From assembly GCA_963705505.1 (NCBI GenBank), contig CAVPJU010000006.1:192001-256000 (forward strand): 64,000 bases of DNA. Direction: 5' to 3'. Shown here piece after piece: positions 9,471 to 20,864 of this stretch. Positions within the stretch are counted from its first letter, which is position 1, and each line of letters opens with the position of its first letter. The notes under the pieces were generated by a model that was not told where the DNA came from, did not search any database, and saw only the letters and a list, made by a program, of their open reading frames with translations. This stretch comes from an uncultured bacterium. Its GTDB lineage: Bacteria; Desulfobacterota_D; UBA1144; Nemesobacterales; UBA2774. The position numbers and the translations under genes are program-made.

Positions 9471-10955
9471 CTAGGGGAGATTCGTATAGCCCATCAAATA
9501 CCGGTCGCACTCCCTGGCAGCCTGGCGCCCTTCATTGATCGCCCACACTACGAGGCTCTGGCCGCGTCTTGCATCCCCTGCGGCGAATACGCCTTCTATA
9601 TTGGTCTTATACTTTCCGTACTCGGCCTTCGCGTTCGAGCGTTCGTCGCGCGCGATTTTAAGCTGGTCGAGGAGGCTGTCTTCGGGCCCCAGGAAGCCGA
9701 GCGCCAGAAGCACCAGTTGAGCCGGCCAGACCTTTTCAGTCCCGGTCATCTCCCGGAAAGAGGTTCGGCCATTGTCCCCCATATGCCATTCTATCTGAAT
9801 AGTATGCAATTCTTTCAAATTCCCCCGCTTGTCCCCGACGAATTTCGTCGTCAGAACCTGGTACCTTCTGGGGTCCTCTCCGAATACGGCCATAGCCTCT
9901 TCCTGGCCGTAGCTGAGCGTATATACCTTCGGCCATTGAGGCCAGGGGTTGTCGGGAGCGCGCTCATGGGGCGGCCTGGGCAGTATCTCGAACTGGAGGA
10001 GGCTCCTGCATCCGTGCCGCATCGAAGTCGCGACGCAGTCGGTCCCCGTATCTCCGCCGCCGAGAACGATCACGTCTTTATCCTTCGCGGATATGAATTT
10101 CCCGTCCTTAAGATTGCTGTCAAGCAGGCTCTTCGTATTGGCCTTAAGGAATTCCATGGCGAAATGTATACCCTTAAGCTCCCTCCCCTCGACGGGCAGA
10201 TCGCGGGGCTTGGTCGCCCCCGTACAGATTACGACGGCGTCAAATTCCTTGAGGAGCTTCTCGGCCGGATAGTCCTTCCCTATCTCCGTATTCGTAACGA
10301 ACTTAACCCCCTCTTCCGACATGAGCCTGACCCTCCTCTCGACCACATACTTGTCGAGGTGGGGGTTGGGGATGCCGTACATCAGGAGTCCCCCGACCCT
10401 GTCGTCCCTCTCGAATACGGTAACCCGATGGCCGGCTTTATTCAGCTGCGCGGCGCATGCGAGGCCCGCGGGTCCCGACCCGATCACCGCTGCCTTTTTC
10501 CCGGTCCGTGTCTCGGGTATCTCCGGAGCTACCCACCCCTCTTCAAACCCCTTGTCTATAATCGTGCATTCGATTGTTTTAATCGTTACGGGAGGCTCGT
10601 TTATGCCCAGCACGCAGGACCCCTCACACGGCGCGGGGCATATCCTCCCGGTGAATTCCGGAAAATTATTCGTCTTATGGAGACGCTCCAAAGCCTCCCT
10701 CCAGAGCCCTTTGTAAACCAGATCGTTCCATTCCGGTATGAGGTTATTTACGGGACAGCCCGAAGTCAGACCGCCGATAATCTGCCCCGTCTGGCAGAAT
10801 GGAATGCCGCAGTCCATGCATCTTGACCCCTGAACTTTGAGCTTTTCATCCGGAAGGTGTTTGTGAAATTCCTTCCAGTCCTTAATGCGTTCTGAAGGCG
10901 AACGGTCGGGCTCAAGCTCTCTATCGTGCTCCATAAAACCAGTAGGGTCACCCAT
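9471..10955 (-). CDS. gltD: Glutamate synthase small subunit
   Basis: [53 protein letters not shown]. Confidence 0.96.
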   Translation of the reverse strand: MGDPTGFMEHDRELEPDRSPSERIKDWKEFHKHLPDEKLKVQGSRCMDCGIPFCQTGQIIGGLTSGCPVNNLIPEWNDLVYKGLWREALERLHKTNNFPEFTGRICPAPCEGSCVLGINEPPVTIKTIECTIIDKGFEEGWVAPEIPETRTGKKAAVIGSGPAGLACAAQLNKAGHRVTVFERDDRVGGLLMYGIPNPHLDKYVVERRVRLMSEEGVKFVTNTEIGKDYPAEKLLKEFDAVVICTGATKPRDLPVEGRELKGIHFAMEFLKANTKSLLDSNLKDGKFISAKDKDVIVLGGGDTGTDCVATSMRHGCRSLLQFEILPRPPHERAPDNPWPQWPKVYTLSYGQEEAMAVFGEDPRRYQVLTTKFVGDKRGNLKELHTIQIEWHMGDNGRTSFREMTGTEKVWPAQLVLLALGFLGPEDSLLDQLKIARDERSNAKAEYGKYKTNIEGVFAAGDARRGQSLVVWAINEGRQAARECDRYLMGYTNLP

Positions 10956-11028
10956 TAAACTTCCTCCAGTAAAAGTTCGATACGATTATACCGGATATTG
11001 AATTAATTTGTTCGAGAATCAGGGAGAA

Positions 11029-14000
11029 CTAATTACCGCTTACGCGGGCCAAGTCTCTTTTGTTTTCTTCAAACGCAGCCATAAGAGCTTCGTCCCCGCT
11101 GAGGCCGGTTTTTTGGACTTTCTGTATCGCTTCCAGCATTCTCTTGTAATCCTTTGGCATAACTTTAACGAATTTGTCGGACAGATTCCCCCAGCGCGCG
11201 AGTATGTCCCAACCCTTGTCACTGTGGGTGTACTCGACATGACGCTTTATCATGTCTTTGACTTCCTCGATATCCGCATCGTCGAGCTTTTCGAGACTCA
11301 CCATATCCTTATTGCATCTGATCGGGAAGTCGCCTTTTTCATCGAGGACATATGCTATTCCTCCCGACATCCCCGCAGCGAAATTCCGGCCTGTGGAACC
11401 GAGCACCAGAACACGGCCTCCGGTCATGTATTCGCAGGCGTGATCCCCGACGCCCTCCACCACGGCGCGGACTCCGCTGTTTCTGACACAGAAACGCTCG
11501 CCCGCCATACCTTTGACGTATGCTTCCCCTCCGGTAGCGCCGTAAAATGCCACGTTCCCGATGATAATATTTTCCTCGGGTTTAAATGTCGATCCCTTGG
11601 GGGGATATACGATAATTTTGCCGCCCGAAAGACCCTTGCCGATATAATCGTTCGAATCGCCCTCGAGAATAAGGGTGATGGCCTTGGGGATAAATGCGCC
11701 GAAGCTCTGTCCCGCGGAACCGTTGAAGTGAAGCCTGACGGTGTCCTGAGAAAGGCCTTCCGGACCATAACGCCTCGTGAGCTCGCTTCCCAATATAGTC
11801 CCTACGGTCCTGTTCACGTTCCTTATCGGCAGAATCGCCTCCACATGCTCGCCTGACTCAAGCGCGGGCTTGCATATCTCGAGGAGGACCTTATTATCGA
11901 GAGCCTCACGGAGGCCGTGGTCCTGTTCGATCTGACAGTACCTTCCCCAGTCGGCAGGCACATCGGGCTGGAACAGAACCTCCGAGAGGTCGACGCCCCT
12001 TGCCTTCCAGTGATCTATAACTTCTTTCATCTCCAGCTTGTCGGTTCTTCCTATCATTTCGCTTACAGTTCTGAAACCGAGCTGGGCCATCAGCTCCCTC
12101 ACTTCCTCGGCAATGAAACGCATGAAATTCACTACGTGCGCGGGATCTCCCGCAAACTTTTTACGGAGCTCCGGGTTCTGTGTGGCGACTCCGACGGGGC
12201 AGGTGTCAAGGTGACAGACCCTCATCATAATACATCCGAGAACGATCAACGGGGCCGTGGAGAAACCGAATTCTTCCGCTCCCAGAAGGGCGGCGATGAC
12301 TACATCGCGTCCGGTCTTCATCTGACCGTCCGTCTCCAGGACTACCCTGCTCCTGAGGTTATTGACCAGAAGTGTCTGGTGCGTCTCGGCGAGTCCGAGC
12401 TCCCACGGAAGACCCGCGTGCTGAATGCTCGTCTGAGGGGACGCGCCGGTACCGCCGTCGTATCCGCTTATGAGAATCACGTCCGCATGCCCCTTCGCAA
12501 CCCCGGCGGCGATAGTGCCGACGCCAACTTCAGACACAAGTTTCACGTTTATCCGAGCCCTCTGATTTGCGTTTTTAAGATCGTGGATAAGCTCGGCCAA
12601 GTCCTCGATCGAATATATGTCGTGATGGGGCGGCGGCGATATCAAGCCTACGCCCGGCGTTGAAAGCCTTACCTTCGCAATCCAGGGATATACTTTCTTT
12701 CCGGGAAGCTGGCCGCCCTCGCCCGGTTTTGCGCCCTGAGCGATCTTTATTTGAATTTCTTCGGCGGTAACGAGATACTCGCTCGTCACTCCGAACCTTC
12801 CGGAAGCCACCTGTTTGATCGCGCTCTTTCTCGAATCCCCGTTCGCATCGGGAATATAGCGTCTGGGGTCTTCTCCGCCCTCGCCGGTATTACTCTTTCC
12901 CCCGATCCTGTTCATGGCGATAGCCAGGCTCTCGTGCGCCTCGAGACTTATTGCGCCGTAAGACATAGCTCCCGTTTTAAAGCGCCTGCAAATCGATTCT
13001 GCGGATTCGACTTCGTCGATATCTATAGGCTCGGGCTCGACTCTCAACTCCAGGAGCCCTCTCAGTGTGTGGAGCTGCTTTGACTGGTCGTTCACGAGGC
13101 CCGAGAATTTCTTGAAGCTCTCGTAACTTCCGGTACGGCAGGCATTCTGAAGCATGTGCACGGACCTGGGGTTAAATGCGTGATGCTCCCCCTCGGGGCG
13201 CCATTGATAAATGCCGCCCACATCGAGCGTCTCGGGCTCGACTTCGCGGTCGGGAAACGCTTTTTCATGCCTCATCCTGATCTCGTCCGTGATTATTTCT
13301 ATCCCGGCGCCTTTGATCCTGGTCGGGGTCCATGTGAAGTATTTATCCACGAACTCGTGGTTGAGACCAATGGCCTCGAAGATTTGGGCGCCGTGATAAC
13401 TCTGAACGGCAGATATGCCTATCTTAGACATCGTTTTCACAACACCCTTAACAACGCTCTTGATATAGTTCTTTATCGCAGTCTTTTTATCGACGCTCTT
13501 CAGCATTCCCTGCTCGATCATGTCCTCTATCGATTCGTAAGCGAGATAGGGGTTGACCGCACTCACACCGTAACCTATAAGGAGTGCGAAATGATGTACC
13601 TCGCGGGGATCCCCCGATTCGAGAATCAACGCGACTTTAAGCCTGTTCCCGTTCCTTATAAGGTGGTGGTGCAGCCCCGAGGAAGCAAGAAGCGAGGGTA
13701 TGGGGGCGTTATGCGCATCGAAACCCCTGTCGGACAGAATCAAGAGGCTAGCCCCTTCCTCGATTGCCTCATCGGCCTTTGTGAATAGATCCTTCAACGC
13801 ATCCTCAAGACCGTCGCTACCCTCGGCGATATTAAAGAGAATGGGCAGCGTTACGGATTTAAATGTGCCGTTGTCGATCCCCCTTATACGCTCGAGCTGC
13901 TCGTTCGTAAGGATTGGGCTGTCGAGCTTTATCAGGCGGCAGCTCTCGGGCCGGGGGTCGAGTATGTTGCCTTCAGGACCTATGGTCACCTCAGTCGCGG

Positions 14001-15636
14001 TAATGAGCTCCTCGCGGATGGCGTCTATCGGGGGGTTGGTTACCTGAGCGAAAAGCTGTTTGAAATATTCGAAAAGAAGCCTCGGTTTGTTCGAAAGGAC
14101 TGCTACCGGGGTATCTTTTCCCATAGACCCGACCGGCTCGACGCCGTTCTCGGCCATCGGTCCGATAATTATTCTCATGTCCTCGAAGGTGTAACCGAAC
14201 ACCCTCTGTCTTTGAATCATGGCTTCGTGGTCGTATTCTTTGGCTTCCGTTATATCATCAGAAAGCGGTATGTCGGAGAGGCTGACGAGGTTTTGGTTGA
14301 GCCACTCCCTGTAAGGCTTTTCCTGAGCGAGCCTGTTTTTTATCTCGTCGTCGCCCACGATACGTCCTTCAACCGTATCGATCAGGAACATCCTTCCGGG
14401 CTGAAGCCTTCCTTTCCGTAAAACCATATCGGCCGGGACGTCCAGCACCCCGACTTCGGAGCCCATTATTACGAGATCGTCTTTCGTTACGTAATAGCGG
14501 GATGGCCTGAGCCCGTTCCTGTCGAGAACCGCGCCCACCTTGAAACCGTCCGTAAAGGCGATCGATGCCGGCCCGTCCCATGGTTCCATGAGGCAGCTGT
14601 GATATTCGTAAAAAGCCTTCTTCTCGTCGCTCATCGTTTCGTGATTAGACCAGGGCTCCGGGATCATCATCATGATCGAATGTTCTATCGGGCGTCCGGA
14701 GAGCGTCAGGAACTCGACGCAGTTATCGAAATTGGCGGAATCGCTTCCGTCGGGCTGTATTATCGGGAAGAGCTTTTCAAGCTCCTGACCGAAAAGGTCG
14801 GAAGAAAGCACGGCTTCCCGCGCATGCATCCAGTTGATGTTCCCCCTGAGAGTATTTATCTCGCCGTTGTGGATTATATAACGGTAGGGATGAGCCCGGT
14901 CCCAGCTGGGGAACGTATTCGTGCTGAAACGGGAGTGGACAAGGGCTATAGCGGATTCCATGTCCTCGTCGCTGAGATCGGGATAGTATTCCTCGAGCTG
15001 CCAGGTCGTGAGCATCCCCTTGTACACGAAAGTCTTATATGAGAGGCTCGGCACATAGAAGTACTCGCCCCCCTGCATGCCCGAGAATCTTATTTCGTTT
15101 TCAGCGCGCCTCCTTACGACGTAGAGCTTGCGCTCAAAAGCCGCGTCGTCCGTTAAGTCGGGACTACGGGCAATGAAGACCTGCTTCATATAGGGCTCAC
15201 CCTTGACCGCGGTGAAGCCCAGCGAGGAATTATTGGTCGGGATATCCCGCCACCCGAGGACGGAGAGCCCTTCTTCGTTTATTATTCTCTCAAACGCCTT
15301 TATACACTCCTTTCTCTCGGAGGATTTGGGCGTGAGAAAAACCGCTCCGCTCGCATAAAATTTATACGGAGGCAGCGCGATACCGGCCTCCCGGCCCACC
15401 TTTTCAAAAAACCTATGGGGGGTTTGCATGAGGATTCCCGCGCCGTCGCCGGTATTCGCTTCGCACCCGCATGCGCCCCTGTGCTGCAGATTCCGGAGAA
15501 TAGTCAGGGCGTTTTTTATTATGCTGTGCGATTTTTTACCTTTGATGTTTACAACAAACCCTATACCGCATGAATCGTGCTCGAATTGCGGATCGTAAAG
15601 ACCCTGTTTTTTCGGATATCCCACGGGCTTCATCAA
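11029..15636 (-). CDS. gltB: Glutamate synthase large subunit
   Basis: [53 protein letters not shown]. Confidence 0.97.
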   Translation of the reverse strand: MMKPVGYPKKQGLYDPQFEHDSCGIGFVVNIKGKKSHSIIKNALTILRNLQHRGACGCEANTGDGAGILMQTPHRFFEKVGREAGIALPPYKFYASGAVFLTPKSSERKECIKAFERIINEEGLSVLGWRDIPTNNSSLGFTAVKGEPYMKQVFIARSPDLTDDAAFERKLYVVRRRAENEIRFSGMQGGEYFYVPSLSYKTFVYKGMLTTWQLEEYYPDLSDEDMESAIALVHSRFSTNTFPSWDRAHPYRYIIHNGEINTLRGNINWMHAREAVLSSDLFGQELEKLFPIIQPDGSDSANFDNCVEFLTLSGRPIEHSIMMMIPEPWSNHETMSDEKKAFYEYHSCLMEPWDGPASIAFTDGFKVGAVLDRNGLRPSRYYVTKDDLVIMGSEVGVLDVPADMVLRKGRLQPGRMFLIDTVEGRIVGDDEIKNRLAQEKPYREWLNQNLVSLSDIPLSDDITEAKEYDHEAMIQRQRVFGYTFEDMRIIIGPMAENGVEPVGSMGKDTPVAVLSNKPRLLFEYFKQLFAQVTNPPIDAIREELITATEVTIGPEGNILDPRPESCRLIKLDSPILTNEQLERIRGIDNGTFKSVTLPILFNIAEGSDGLEDALKDLFTKADEAIEEGASLLILSDRGFDAHNAPIPSLLASSGLHHHLIRNGNRLKVALILESGDPREVHHFALLIGYGVSAVNPYLAYESIEDMIEQGMLKSVDKKTAIKNYIKSVVKGVVKTMSKIGISAVQSYHGAQIFEAIGLNHEFVDKYFTWTPTRIKGAGIEIITDEIRMRHEKAFPDREVEPETLDVGGIYQWRPEGEHHAFNPRSVHMLQNACRTGSYESFKKFSGLVNDQSKQLHTLRGLLELRVEPEPIDIDEVESAESICRRFKTGAMSYGAISLEAHESLAIAMNRIGGKSNTGEGGEDPRRYIPDANGDSRKSAIKQVASGRFGVTSEYLVTAEEIQIKIAQGAKPGEGGQLPGKKVYPWIAKVRLSTPGVGLISPPPHHDIYSIEDLAELIHDLKNANQRARINVKLVSEVGVGTIAAGVAKGHADVILISGYDGGTGASPQTSIQHAGLPWELGLAETHQTLLVNNLRSRVVLETDGQMKTGRDVVIAALLGAEEFGFSTAPLIVLGCIMMRVCHLDTCPVGVATQNPELRKKFAGDPAHVVNFMRFIAEEVRELMAQLGFRTVSEMIGRTDKLEMKEVIDHWKARGVDLSEVLFQPDVPADWGRYCQIEQDHGLREALDNKVLLEICKPALESGEHVEAILPIRNVNRTVGTILGSELTRRYGPEGLSQDTVRLHFNGSAGQSFGAFIPKAITLILEGDSNDYIGKGLSGGKIIVYPPKGSTFKPEENIIIGNVAFYGATGGEAYVKGMAGERFCVRNSGVRAVVEGVGDHACEYMTGGRVLVLGSTGRNFAAGMSGGIAYVLDEKGDFPIRCNKDMVSLEKLDDADIEEVKDMIKRHVEYTHSDKGWDILARWGNLSDKFVKVMPKDYKRMLEAIQKVQKTGLSGDEALMAAFEENKRDLARVSGN

Positions 15637-15817
15637 AACACCTTCCTGACAGTTCTAATTTAATATGAAATATAAACGAATGAATGCAATTATGGCCGAA
15701 TAACCCTAAATTAATGTTAGATGAAAATTAAGACAAGTCAACCCGGAACGGGCATCAGGAGAATCAGTGGGTGACTGCAGCAAAACAACCTATTCGAAGC
15801 CTATTGAGCAGGCTCGC

Positions 15818-17566
15818 CTACTCTCTGTACAAATTCGTAATGGGGAACCGGCGGTCCTTGCCGAAGGCCCTTGCGGTTATCTTTATTCCCGGGGGGGCTT
15901 GTCTCCGCTTATACTCGTTCCTGTCCACCATTCGTGCCACCTTATTGACGACGGACGCTCCGAACCCGAGAGATACGATGTCGTCGATACTGAGATCGTC
16001 CTCCACGTATGCCTTCAGAATCGGGTCGAGGACATTATAAGGCGGAAGTGTATCCGTGTCGAGCTGGCCCGGCTTGAGCTCGGCGGAAGGGGGCTTCGTC
16101 AAAATTGCGGCAGGGATAACCTCCTTCTTCCTCCACTTATTGTAATAGTTTGAAACCCCGTACACGATCGTCTTGGGCACGTCTTTGATTACCGCGAACC
16201 CTCCGGCCATATCGCCGTAAATCGTACAGTATCCGACGCTCATCTCGCTCTTGTTTCCGGTAGTCAGGACGAGCCACCCGAACTTGTTAGAAAGAGCCAT
16301 GAGTATATTCCCCCTTATACGGGCCTGGAGGTTCTCTTCCGTGGAGTCCTGCTTTAACCCCGCAAAGACTTCCGAAAACATTTCGTTATAAGCGTTGAAC
16401 ACCCTTTCGATCGGGATGTTAATAAGCTTTATCCCCAAGTTTTTCGATAATTTTTCCGAATCCGTAACACTCCCCGGAGAGCTGTACCTGGAGGGCATCG
16501 CGACAGCGACCACATTCTCCTTCCCGAGGGCCTCGACAGCGATAACCGTCACGAGCGCGGAATCGATTCCTCCGCTCAGGCCGACGACAGCCTTCTTAAA
16601 TCCGTTTTTGGTCACATAGTCCCTGGTCCCGAGAACGAGCGCCCTGAAAATTTCTTCTTCGACCGACAAGAAATTTTCTATCCTGTTCTTTACCGCCTTT
16701 ACGGCGGCCCTGCGGGTTTCTTTATCTTTCTTCGTATCTATGACTATTAACTCGGCCTTATCCGAGTGAGCCTTCATAGTCAGCTGCTCTTTTCTTCTTC
16801 TGGGGTCATGCATGCGCGAGCGGAACACGCGGTCTATATTTATATCCGAAACGAGCAGGTCCTCCTCGAACCCCTTGGCCCTTGCCAGAATCTCCCCCCG
16901 CTCTCCGATAATGACGCTGTGGCCGTCAAATACGAGCTCGTCCTGTCCCCCGACGAGGTTGCAGTAAGCGACGACCGCCGAATAGTCCTTAGCCCTCGTA
17001 ACCAGCATCTGTTCTCGGGCCTTAACCTTGGACGAATAATACGGAGAAGAGGAAATATTGATGATTATCTGCGCTCCCCCGAGTATGGACTGCCTCCTCG
17101 TGGGGTCTCCCGGATACCATATGTCCTCGCATATGTTCACGCCGAATACCACGTCCCCGAGCCTGTATACGGGCGCCCGCAGTCCCGACTGAAAATACCT
17201 GTCCTCATCGAAGACGCCGTAGTTGGGGAGGTAATGCTTGCGGTAAATATCTATGAGCTCTTTATTATGGAGGATCGCCGCTGCGTTATAGATATCCTCC
17301 CCGCGGTCGGCAAAACCCAAAACGACAGTCAGCCCTTCCGAGGCCCTTCTCACCTTGTCCACCGCCCTGAGGTTGTCGCTTATGAACCGCGGTTTGAGAA
17401 GAAGGTCCTCCGGGGGATAACCCGTAACCGCAAGCTCCGGGAAGCACAAGATATCCACTCCCAGCGCTCTTGCGTTCTTGGTATATTTGAGGATCTTATC
17501 CAGATTCCCGTCCACATCGCCGACACGCACGTTTATCTGAGCCAGTCCTATCCTTACAGTATCCAT
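15818..17566 (-). CDS. nadE: Glutamine-dependent NAD+ synthetase
   Basis: Nitrilase-like domain (FPEL, KHYLPNYGVFDE, ICED) plus SGGIDS, ENLQARIRG, TGNKSE, YKRRQAP. Confidence 0.95.
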   Translation of the reverse strand: MDTVRIGLAQINVRVGDVDGNLDKILKYTKNARALGVDILCFPELAVTGYPPEDLLLKPRFISDNLRAVDKVRRASEGLTVVLGFADRGEDIYNAAAILHNKELIDIYRKHYLPNYGVFDEDRYFQSGLRAPVYRLGDVVFGVNICEDIWYPGDPTRRQSILGGAQIIINISSSPYYSSKVKAREQMLVTRAKDYSAVVAYCNLVGGQDELVFDGHSVIIGERGEILARAKGFEEDLLVSDINIDRVFRSRMHDPRRRKEQLTMKAHSDKAELIVIDTKKDKETRRAAVKAVKNRIENFLSVEEEIFRALVLGTRDYVTKNGFKKAVVGLSGGIDSALVTVIAVEALGKENVVAVAMPSRYSSPGSVTDSEKLSKNLGIKLINIPIERVFNAYNEMFSEVFAGLKQDSTEENLQARIRGNILMALSNKFGWLVLTTGNKSEMSVGYCTIYGDMAGGFAVIKDVPKTIVYGVSNYYNKWRKKEVIPAAILTKPPSAELKPGQLDTDTLPPYNVLDPILKAYVEDDLSIDDIVSLGFGASVVNKVARMVDRNEYKRRQAPPGIKITARAFGKDRRFPITNLYRE

Positions 17567-17714
17567 GTAATCACTCTCGTATAAATTATAACACTCTAAG
17601 AAATAAAATAATTACAGTATTTTAACCTATGTCAGGTCAACAGGAAATATGTCGAAAGGGAAATTACACACAAGGGAGCTTTTAATTTAGTTGCTCTGCG
17701 CCGGGTCCTGGTGA

Positions 17715-18326
17715 TTATGATAAAGCGGCGGAGATGTGAACAAGATTGGCAAGAAAGTGGAAAATAACGCTCGCCCAGAGCGTTCCCGTGGTCATATAAA
17801 GATAGCCCATAACAAGGGAAGGAAAGAATGTCAGGACCGCCTGAGAGCACACGGGAAGTCCGTGATCACCCCCCAGACATAATGTGACGAAATGTCCGAG
17901 CGCGAACAGGAGACTTACGGCTATTATTCCCTTTATCGTGTTCCCGAGCCTCTGCTGTAGGTATCCTCTGAAAAAAACCTCTTCCGGGAGAGCCACGAGC
18001 AGGAGCTGCATGAGTATGAACGAATACGAGAGCTTGTTGAACGCGAGCGTCTTTCCGGAATACAGACCGTATCCCGCGAGCACGGCTATATAGATAAGGA
18101 GAATTACGATCGAAACCGCTATACCTACGATCACACCCCTTAAGTCCCACCTGAGGTCGCTCATATCGGTCTTGAGAATAAACGGCACCGACAGCATCAG
18201 AACAGCGGAAAGGGAGATTACGTAAGGCCATGGGATGAACAGCTTCATAAGGAAGATCAGGGATATGAGGGCAATATAAATAATTAATGGTCGCAGGTAG
18301 TTACGATGAATCAGTTCTCTTTCCAT
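17715..18326 (-). CDS. CPBP (CAAX protease-like) glutamic intramembrane protease, myxosortase/JDVT-CTERM protease-like
   Basis: PEEVFFRGYLQ, FALGH, TFFPSLVMGYL..TG.L...FHFLAN motifs in a multi-TM protein. Confidence 0.85.
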   Translation of the reverse strand: MERELIHRNYLRPLIIYIALISLIFLMKLFIPWPYVISLSAVLMLSVPFILKTDMSDLRWDLRGVIVGIAVSIVILLIYIAVLAGYGLYSGKTLAFNKLSYSFILMQLLLVALPEEVFFRGYLQQRLGNTIKGIIAVSLLFALGHFVTLCLGGDHGLPVCSQAVLTFFPSLVMGYLYMTTGTLWASVIFHFLANLVHISAALS

Positions 18327-18393
18327 TTAGTGGGTGCCGAAATGCAATATTGAAAAATCTAACGCGTAAAAATACATAACACGGGATATGAGG

Positions 18394-19626
18394 TCAATAA
18401 AGCTTGTACCAATCGAATTTGTTCAGAAACAGCACTCCCCACAGGTTGACCAGCACGCTTAAGATAATCAAGGCCTTGTGATACCATTTTAGTTCCTCGC
18501 CGATACCCTTAAAAGTCAGAAGAAGAATGAATGGGTAAAAATCCAGGGCGTACCTGTACCCGAACTGCGTCCATCCGGTCCCGCTTTTAATAAATATCAG
18601 AAATGCCGTGGGTATGATTGCCGACCAGCAGGCAATCGAGAGCCTATTCCTAATCCCTGCAAAGAGAGCGAATATGAAAGCGGGCGTCGTGATAAGAACC
18701 GACAGGCCGACCTTCGAAGGGATAACATACGGCCATTTATCTATGAATACGGGGGGCTCGAGTAAAAAAACCCGAAGGTGATAGGGGATATACGAGAAGC
18801 TGAATAGCCCCTTGTTAAACCATGGCGATACTCTTTCCTTTGCCGGAGAAATCGAATGCAAAATGTATGCCGCGTCGTACGGCGAGCCGAACCGGAGGTA
18901 GTTATATATAAAGTTCAGCAGTATGAAAATACCGGCTCCGGCGCAAAGCAATATAACCGGTCTGAATCTGGCTTGCCTGAGCAGCGACACCTCATCCTGC
19001 ATCCGGGGCAAGCTGCCGGTAAGCATAATTATGAAAAAGGGCAGGGTCAGGATCGTCGGCAATCTCGACCAGTATGAGGCTCCGAGAAGGAGACCGATCA
19101 AAAAAGGGCTCCGGCCGGTGAATGTCCCGTATACGGCCAGCAGCAGAAATGTCATGGAAGTAATTTGAGCGAAGTACCATACGGAGCCCACCGTGGCCGT
19201 GTACCAATGGATGGTCCCGAATCCGAAGAGAACAGCCATCCAGACCCGGATATCCTCATTCTCTGTCAGCCTCTTCATTATCAGGTATACAATTGATATA
19301 TTGATACCGCCCAGAAAAAAGGACAGGAACACCTGCTTGAATTCGATTCCCCATAGGGCTATGAAAGGCATAAGCACGATTGCCGGCATAGGAGGGTAAA
19401 TTTCGTAAGATTTACCGCCCCTGACTATGAGCTCTTCGAAATAAAAGGGTGTATCCGTCACGTATAGTCTTCCGTGGAGAAAAGCGTCGGCGAGATAATT
19501 GAAATAATTAAAGGGATCGTGGACCACGGGCTGCGTGAATAAATAAACCAGGATACCAGTTATACAAAGGAGGGCGGCGGTGATTAAATGGGAATACCCA
19601 TTATATATCCGGGAATGGATTTTCAT
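18394..19626 (-). CDS. Multi-pass membrane protein, putative GT-C glycosyltransferase (paralog of 23256..24473)
   Basis: About 10 hydrophobic segments, LADAFLHGRLY, YPPMPA, YNYLRFG, QFGYRYALDFYP. Located in a glycosyltransferase cluster. Confidence 0.65.
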   Translation of the reverse strand: MKIHSRIYNGYSHLITAALLCITGILVYLFTQPVVHDPFNYFNYLADAFLHGRLYVTDTPFYFEELIVRGGKSYEIYPPMPAIVLMPFIALWGIEFKQVFLSFFLGGINISIVYLIMKRLTENEDIRVWMAVLFGFGTIHWYTATVGSVWYFAQITSMTFLLLAVYGTFTGRSPFLIGLLLGASYWSRLPTILTLPFFIIMLTGSLPRMQDEVSLLRQARFRPVILLCAGAGIFILLNFIYNYLRFGSPYDAAYILHSISPAKERVSPWFNKGLFSFSYIPYHLRVFLLEPPVFIDKWPYVIPSKVGLSVLITTPAFIFALFAGIRNRLSIACWSAIIPTAFLIFIKSGTGWTQFGYRYALDFYPFILLLTFKGIGEELKWYHKALIILSVLVNLWGVLFLNKFDWYKLY

Positions 19627-19742
19627 AAAGTGTATCGAAGCGAGTATTCAATATTTCCGAATATTAGATTAACATAATATACGATATCTCCAGTAAATAT
19701 CAGCAAAATGTCCAGATACATGACGCAGACCGCCGGCGCGAA

Positions 19743-20846
19743 ATGAAGCTCAACGCTACCCTGAGAGAGTTGTCCCTGATAGCCGTTATCTCGATAATCG
19801 GGACTTTCATTGTCGCTTATGCAGCATATGTGCTCCTTCAGGACAAATATCCCGATTCCATAATTTCGATCTGGAACGTATGGGATACACACCACTATAT
19901 CGCAATCGCTCAATACGGTTATACGAGCTCGACGGTCGATGAAAGAAACCTGCAGATCGTATTCTTTCCGCTCTATCCCTATACCGTTAAAATATTTTCA
20001 ATAATATTCAGAGATTATATACTGTCCGCGCTCCTCGTATCGAATCTCGCGTACGCAGGAGCTGTCATTTATCTCTTCAAACTTGTCAGGCTCGATTACG
20101 AGAGCGAAGACGCGTTCAGAGCGGTGACATATCTATCCATATTCCCGACCGCATATTTCCTCCACGCAGCTTATACCGAGAGCCTGTTCATAATGCTCAC
20201 CATAGCCAGCTTCTACTATGCAAGAAAAGAGAATTGGGCGCTTTCGGGACTCATCGGAATGCTGGCTGCGGCGACACGGGTTACCGGAATTATTCTGCTT
20301 CCCGTACTTGCAATCGAGTACCTGAATCAGAAAGGTTTCAAATTAAGGAATGTCAGAAAAAATATACTCTGGCTCTCGATTATTGCTCTCGGCCTCGTTT
20401 TTTATCTGGCAATAAACTATATTACGTTCGGGGATCCGTTTAAGTTTCTGGAAATCCAAAATGAACATTGGTCAAAACACCTCGACTTCCCCTACAAGGG
20501 ATTTCTGGACGCGTTGGGGAGCATATTCTATAGGACTCCCCGTGACGCCGTGACTGCGGGATGGGGTGAAATAACATTCGCTATACTCGGCCTCGCACTC
20601 ATCATCTATTCATTTTTCCGCATTCGCCTTTCGTACAGCCTATATGCACTGGCAACCTGGCTCTTTGTAACATCGACCTGGTTCTGGCTGAGCATCCCCC
20701 GATACACCCTATCGATGTTCCCGATCTTCGTTGCACTCTCGTTATTGGGCAGACGGAGGGAGGTAAATTATCTGGTCATATTTATATCGCTTACACTTTA
20801 TATGCTCTTCCTAGCACAATTTATCAGGTTCGGCTGGGCGTTTTAG
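19743..20846 (+). CDS. PIG-V/Gpi18-like mannosyltransferase (GT-C)
   Basis: WDTHHYIAIAQYGY, FFPLYP, FPTAYFL.A.YTESLF, ATRVTG, S.PRY. Confidence 0.8.
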   Translation: MKLNATLRELSLIAVISIIGTFIVAYAAYVLLQDKYPDSIISIWNVWDTHHYIAIAQYGYTSSTVDERNLQIVFFPLYPYTVKIFSIIFRDYILSALLVSNLAYAGAVIYLFKLVRLDYESEDAFRAVTYLSIFPTAYFLHAAYTESLFIMLTIASFYYARKENWALSGLIGMLAAATRVTGIILLPVLAIEYLNQKGFKLRNVRKNILWLSIIALGLVFYLAINYITFGDPFKFLEIQNEHWSKHLDFPYKGFLDALGSIFYRTPRDAVTAGWGEITFAILGLALIIYSFFRIRLSYSLYALATWLFVTSTWFWLSIPRYTLSMFPIFVALSLLGRRREVNYLVIFISLTLYMLFLAQFIRFGWAF

Positions 20847-20864
20847 AAATAACTGTTGATGACT

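Noticed and set aside
9459..10826. Long antisense ORFs (455 aa opposite gltD, and similar ones opposite gltB, nadE, leuB, mfd, groL)
   Set aside because: Shadow ORFs produced by codon bias in GC-rich conserved genes; no recognisable motifs.
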